NCBI RefSeq assembly: GCF_006345805.1
Contig: NW_021826779.1
Location: 1 to 12,115, forward strand
DNA: 12,115 nucleotides
Reading direction: 5' to 3'
From: Octopus sinensis
Taxonomy: Eukaryota
Position numbers and translations under genes: made by a program
Shown: positions 7,981 through 12,115 of the stretch, piece by piece
How the letters are laid out: each line of letters opens with the position of its first letter
Position numbering within the stretch: position 1 is the first letter of the stretch
Notes under the pieces: model-generated
The model's database searches: none
What the model was told of the DNA's origin: nothing
The model's input: only the letters and a program-made list of their open reading frames with translations

Positions 7981-8503
7981 TTACATTCCTAGATACATAA
8001 TGCCTGAACACAAGAAAGTATAGCCTCAGCTGGAGCATCTTTGCCCTAACCTGAACAGTAAGAACAACTATAGCCACTAATACAAAGAACTATATGATAC
8101 ATTCGCTAATGTAATCCTAGATAGACTATGTCACGTTAAAATGTAGGATAGTCAGAGGTCTACAGGTTCTGGATTGACCTGGGGCTAAAAAACAACAAAA
8201 AAAGCGACTAATACTAACTGTTATACAATACATTAGGAAATGTAGTCTTAGATATACTATGACCGAATAAAAGGCGGGATGGTCACGGTTGGACCGTCTT
8301 TGATCATAGGTATGCTGGATCAAGACTGACCTGGGGCTAAAAAACAACAAAAAAAGCTACTAATACTAACTGCTATACAATACATTAGGAAATGTAGTCT
8401 TAGATACACTATGACCGAATAAAAGGCGGGATGGTCACGGCTGGGCCGTCTTTGATCATAGGTCTGCCGGATCAAGACTGACCTAGGGTTAAAAACACAA
8501 CAG
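7981..8503 (+). repeat. Satellite B sub-array 1 (4 units)
   Basis: TC(C/T)TAGATA anchors at 7987, 8115, 8246, 8398; 8176-8327 and 8328-8479 are a 152-bp duplication with 7 mismatches. Confidence 0.92.
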
Positions 8504-8634
8504 CGATGACGACAATAGCTTCAAGAAGAAAAGAGATGAAATCTCACCTATGTAGCTCCTTATTCGAGTCACCTTGTATACCTATCAGGCAACGACCTAC
8601 CCGCTCCCTCCACGCCTCCCCAACCTGAAATTCT

Positions 8635-8675
8635 GCGCCGCCATCGCTGCCCCGATTGCGTAGCGACGGCGGCGT
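8635..8675. other. GC-rich hairpin between the two B sub-arrays
   Basis: GCGCCGCCATCGCT (8635-8648) / AGCGACGGCGGCGT (8662-8675): 12 Watson-Crick pairs, one A.C mismatch and one G.T; on the minus strand a continuous 13-bp stem with one G.U. Confidence 0.75.
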
Positions 8676-8698
8676 GCAGGCGAGATTGCCGTCCTGCT

Positions 8699-8790
8699 AT
8701 GCAAGAAATAGCAGCCAAATCTCCTTGGAATCACAAACTACGGAAAAATATATAAAAGAAAGAACAAAAGAAATGAAGGAAGAAAGGAGG
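8699..8790 (-). repeat. Orphan satellite-A monomer plus purine-rich linker heading B sub-array 2
   Basis: ATGCAAGAAATAGCAGCCAAATCTCC 8699-8724 is a near-perfect A core. Confidence 0.85.
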
Positions 8791-8800
8791 CGAGAACATT

Positions 8801-10230
8801 CCACTAATGTACTCCTAGATACATTCTTCCTATACCAATGACAGGATGGTCATGCTTGGAGCAACTTTGACAATAGTTTTGTTCTTTAAAAACTGGTCTA
8901 AGACAACTATAGCCACTAATACTGTACTGTACATTCTGCAATGTACTCCTAGATATACTATGTCTGAATAAAAGGCGGGTGAGTCACAACTGGAACATCT
9001 TTGATCATAGACTTGCTGGGTAAGGCCTGGCCTAGGGCTAAACAACAACAGCTATAATCACTAATACTAACTACTATACTGTACATTAGATGATGTAGTC
9101 CAAGATACATTACGTCTGAATATATGTCAAGACAGTCCTGGCTGGAACGTCTTTGATCATAGGTCTACTGGATCAGGACTACCTGGTGTTAAACAGCTAC
9201 ATGCTTCAGTACTAAGTGGTATTCGTTAGATAATGTAGTCCTAAAATCATTATGTCAGAATATTCAACGCGATGGTCACGGCGGGAACATCTTTGAAGAT
9301 GTTCCCGCCGTGATCAAGACTAACCAGGGGCTAAAAAGCAACTACAGCGTCCTAATACTAACTACTATGCTGTACATTGGATAATGTAGTCCTAGATACA
9401 CTATGCAGAATAAAAGACAGGGTGGTCACAGCTGGAACATCTTTGATCATAGGTCTACTGGATCACGACTGACCTGGGGCTAAACAACAACTATATGGAC
9501 AGATACAAAGTACTGTACATTAAACAATGTAGTCCTAGATACACTATGCCCGAATAAAAGAGATGGTCACAAATGGAACATCTTTGATCATAGGTCTACT
9601 GGCTCAGCAACTTAGTCACTAATACTAACTACTATACTATACTTTAGAAAATATAGTCCAAGATACACTGTGTCTGAATAAAAGAGGAGATGGTCACAAA
9701 TGGAACATCTTTGATCGTGGGTCTACTGGATCGGGATTGACCTGGTGTTAAGCGCCAATGATATGCTCTAATACAAAGCACTACTTATTAGATCATGTCG
9801 TCCAAGATACACTATGCCTCAATAAAAGGCGGGATGGTCGCAAGTGGAACATCTTTGATCATACGTCTGCGAGATCAAGACTGGCCTAGGGCTTAACAAC
9901 AACAACAACAGCTATGGCCCCTATTACTAACTTCTACACTACACATTATGATGTAGTCCTTGATACACAATGCCTGGCTTAAAAGGCTGTGGTGTGATCA
10001 CTACTGGTCTGAGGATCAAGTCTGGCCTAGGGTTAAACAACAACAGCAGCAACAACAACAACAACAACAACAACAACAGCTATGGCCCCTATTACTAACT
10101 TCTACACTACACATTATGATGTAGTCCTTGATACCCAATGCCTGGCTAAAAGGCTGTGGTGTGGTCACTACTGGTCTGAGGATCAAGTCTGGCCTAGGGT
10201 TAAACAACAACAACAACAACAACAACAACG
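8801..10230 (+). repeat. Satellite B sub-array 2 (10 units, 124-168 bp)
   Basis: Consensus ATGTAGTCCTAGATACACTATGCCTGAATAAAAGGCGGGATGGTCACAGCTGGAACATCTTTGATCATAGGTCTACTGGATCAAGACTGACCTGGGGCTAAA(CAA)nCAGCTATAGCCACTAATACTAACTACTATACTGTACATTAGATA; anchors 8813, 8947, 9099, 9239, 9390, 9533, 9657, 9801, 9957, 10125. Confidence 0.95.
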
Positions 10231-10318
10231 ATATGTAACAACAACAGCAGCATACGTAACAGAGAGCCACCGTTAGCAAGAGTGTACGCGCCGCCGTCGT
10301 CGCCTCTGGCAAACTTAC

Positions 10319-10413
10319 CTGAAAAAGGGAGGGTGAGTTTTCGAAGTAGGCCCAAAAATTGTGTGTTATAGCGGTCCAACAGTAAAGACTGTATGAGCAG
10401 CTCATTCATATTA
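10319..10413 (-). other. Candidate 95-nt exon of an unidentified minus-strand gene
   Basis: Minus strand: about 200 nt pyrimidine-rich tract ending CCCTCTTCCACCCCCAG| (AG at 10415-10414), then 95 nt, then CAG|GTAAGT (GT at 10318-10317); CpG-rich on both sides. Open readings MNELLIQSLLLDRYNTQFLGLLRKLTLPFS (ATG 10409) or MSCSYSLYCWTAITHNFWAYFENSPSLFQ (ATG 10405); neither recognised. Confidence 0.4.
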
Positions 10414-10424
10414 CTGGGGGGTGG

Positions 10425-10620
10425 AAGAGGGCTGGGCCGCGGCGGCGCGGCGGCGAGGCGGAGAAGGAGGGATGGAGAGAGATAGAGAGGAAGAGAGAGA
10501 GAGAGAGAGGATGCAGCGGCGGCGGGAAGTTGAAGAAACAGAGAGAAATAAGGGGGGGGTGGAGAGAGAGAGGTCGGAAGCTGGTTGGCGGGTTTAGAGA
10601 AGGGTTTTTTTTTTTCTTTA
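10425..10620. promoter_or_regulatory. CpG/GGC-rich and (GA)n purine tract; possible 5'UTR or promoter-proximal region of a minus-strand gene
   Basis: GGCGGCGCGGCGGCGAGGCGG, (GA)n and G-runs in an otherwise AT-rich window. Confidence 0.35.
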
Positions 10621-10669
10621 TCTGAGCGGTTTTGCAGCGGTATTTTTGTGTAGTATCGTTTGCTGTTGG

Positions 10670-11653
10670 CGGTGATGATGATGCTGACGATGACAATGGT
10701 GGTGGTGGTGGTAGTGGTGGTGGTGGTGGTGGTGGTGGTGGTGGTGGAGGAGGAGATGGTAACTATGATAATGGTGATGATGATGATGATGACGATGACA
10801 ATGGTGGTGGTGGTGGTGGTGCTGGTGCTGGTGGAGGAGATGGTGACTATGATAATGGTGATGATGATGATGATGATGGTGATAGTGATGATGATGAGGG
10901 TAGAGGTGTGTCTTCTGGCTGCTGATCTTGGCGAGGAGATGGTGGAGGGTGCCGGCGGTAGTACTTATGGTAATAACGAAGGTGATGATGATGATGGTGG
11001 TGGCGATGGTGGTGGTGATGGTGGTGGTGGTGGTGGTGATGGAATTACTGCTGAGACTAACGATAGTGTTGATGACGATGATGATGGTGATGATAGTGGT
11101 GGTGGTGGTGGTGGTGGTGGTGATAAGGATGGTGCTAATAATAATGGTGGTGGTGGTGGTAGTGATAGCGGCAGTGACGACGGGGAAGAAGATGAAGGCG
11201 AGGAGTGTTGGCAGAATTTCGGAGGTATTGAGGCGGGGTATTGGGTGGGGGGAAGTTATGAACGAGGGTGGGGGTGTAAATACTTTTGAGGAAAGTGTTA
11301 GGGAAGGGCGATGCCGACGACGACGACGACGATGATAATGAGGAGAGGATGAGAAGGAGGGGAAGAGAAAAAGGATGACGTCGGTGATGATGATGACGAT
11401 GATGATGATGATGATGATGATGCCAATGACGATGATGATGGTGGTGGTGAAGACATCGACGGTGTTGATAATGTCGAGGAAGGCGGAAAGGAGGAGAAGG
11501 AGAAAGATGAGGGTGGTGGTGGCGACGGTGTCGGCGTGAAGGGTTGGAGTCGATTGTATAATTATGGAAGTCGTGGGTTGGCGGTCTTTGCAGTGACTGC
11601 AGCCGTGAACTCTTATCACCATCATCACCATCGTCATCTTTCTTAATCGTCAG

Positions 11654-11691
<38 letters not shown>

Positions 11692-11692
11692 G

Positions 11693-11752
<60 letters not shown>

Positions 11753-11760
11753 TGTCATCA
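10670..11760. repeat. Compound trinucleotide low-complexity region (GGT/GAT/GAC then CAT/CAC)
   Basis: Direct reading; near-pure (CAT)n at about 11654-11750; duplicated module at 10686-10790 and 10791-10876. Confidence 0.93.
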
Positions 11761-11837
11761 ACGTAGGTCTTGGGGAAGATTTGGCGGGACACAGAATGTG
11801 ACAAGGCTTATATGTTTGTGTGTGTGTGTGTATAGGT

Positions 11838-12115
11838 GTAGGAGTGGTTGTGTAGAAAGTAGCTTGCTTACCAACCACATGGTTCCGGGTTCAGTCCCAC
11901 TGCGTGGTGCCTTGGGCAAGTGTCTTCTACTATAGCCTTAGGCCGACCAAAGACTTGTGAGGGGATTTGATAGACGGAAACTGAAAGAAGCCCGTCGTAT
12001 TTATGTATATGTATGTGTGTATATGTTTGTGTGTCTGTTTTATCCCCCCATCATCGCTTGACAACCGATGCTGGTATGTTTACGTAACCGTAACTTAGCG
12101 GTTCGGCAAAAGAGA
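11838..12115 (+). mobile_element. SINE family 1, longest copy, running off the window end
   Basis: Head with GGTTCAGTCCC B-box-like motif, body matching 912-1060, internal TA/TG microsatellite 11998-12040, then a 3' domain CATCGCTTGACAACCGATGCTGG..TAACTTAGCGGTTCGGCAAAAGAGA. Confidence 0.92.

Noticed and set aside
8635-8705. Canonical Helitron 3' end
   Set aside because: The GC hairpin is present but no CTRR terminus lies at the expected short distance on either strand; only the looser Helentron-type idea is kept.
7981-10230. Hammerhead ribozyme or retrozyme tandem array
   Set aside because: I could not find the CTGA(T/C)GA..GAAA catalytic core in A or B units on either strand by eye; a covariance-model search would be definitive.
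10618-11878. Long ORFs of 135-339 aa with poly-His, Thr, Met, Val or Ile runs
   Set aside because: Open in several frames on both strands because GGT/GAT/CAT repeats lack stops in most frames; no recognisable domain.

Overview
Eukaryotic, AT-rich, essentially non-coding window. The tRNA-derived SINE families and the microsatellite density look like an octopus/coleoid cephalopod genome (recognised from memory, not verified by search). No credible full protein-coding gene or RNA gene; nearly all ORFs in the track are translated microsatellites or satellite units. The main structure is two satellite-like arrays that I cannot assign to a named family. Satellite A (~87-91 bp period, conserved ~45-bp core plus variable spacer) forms a 3.5-kb imperfect inverted repeat: 16 units one way (2186-3470) and 24 the other way (3490-5705), joined at a self-complementary CCACGTGG junction. 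Satellite B (~125-170 bp period, 14 units, 7981-10230) occurs as two sub-arrays, each headed by an orphan A monomer and followed by a GC-rich GCGCCGCCRTCG motif, with inverted orphan B copies at 1482-1570 and 7276-7314. Fold-back inversions recur at several scales, including a clear template-switch palindrome at 9276-9313. Also present: a SINE nested in a SINE with a 16-bp TSD, a candidate minus-strand exon (10319-10413) bracketed by a GC-only inverted repeat, and a candidate plus-strand promoter/micro-exon (539-688).
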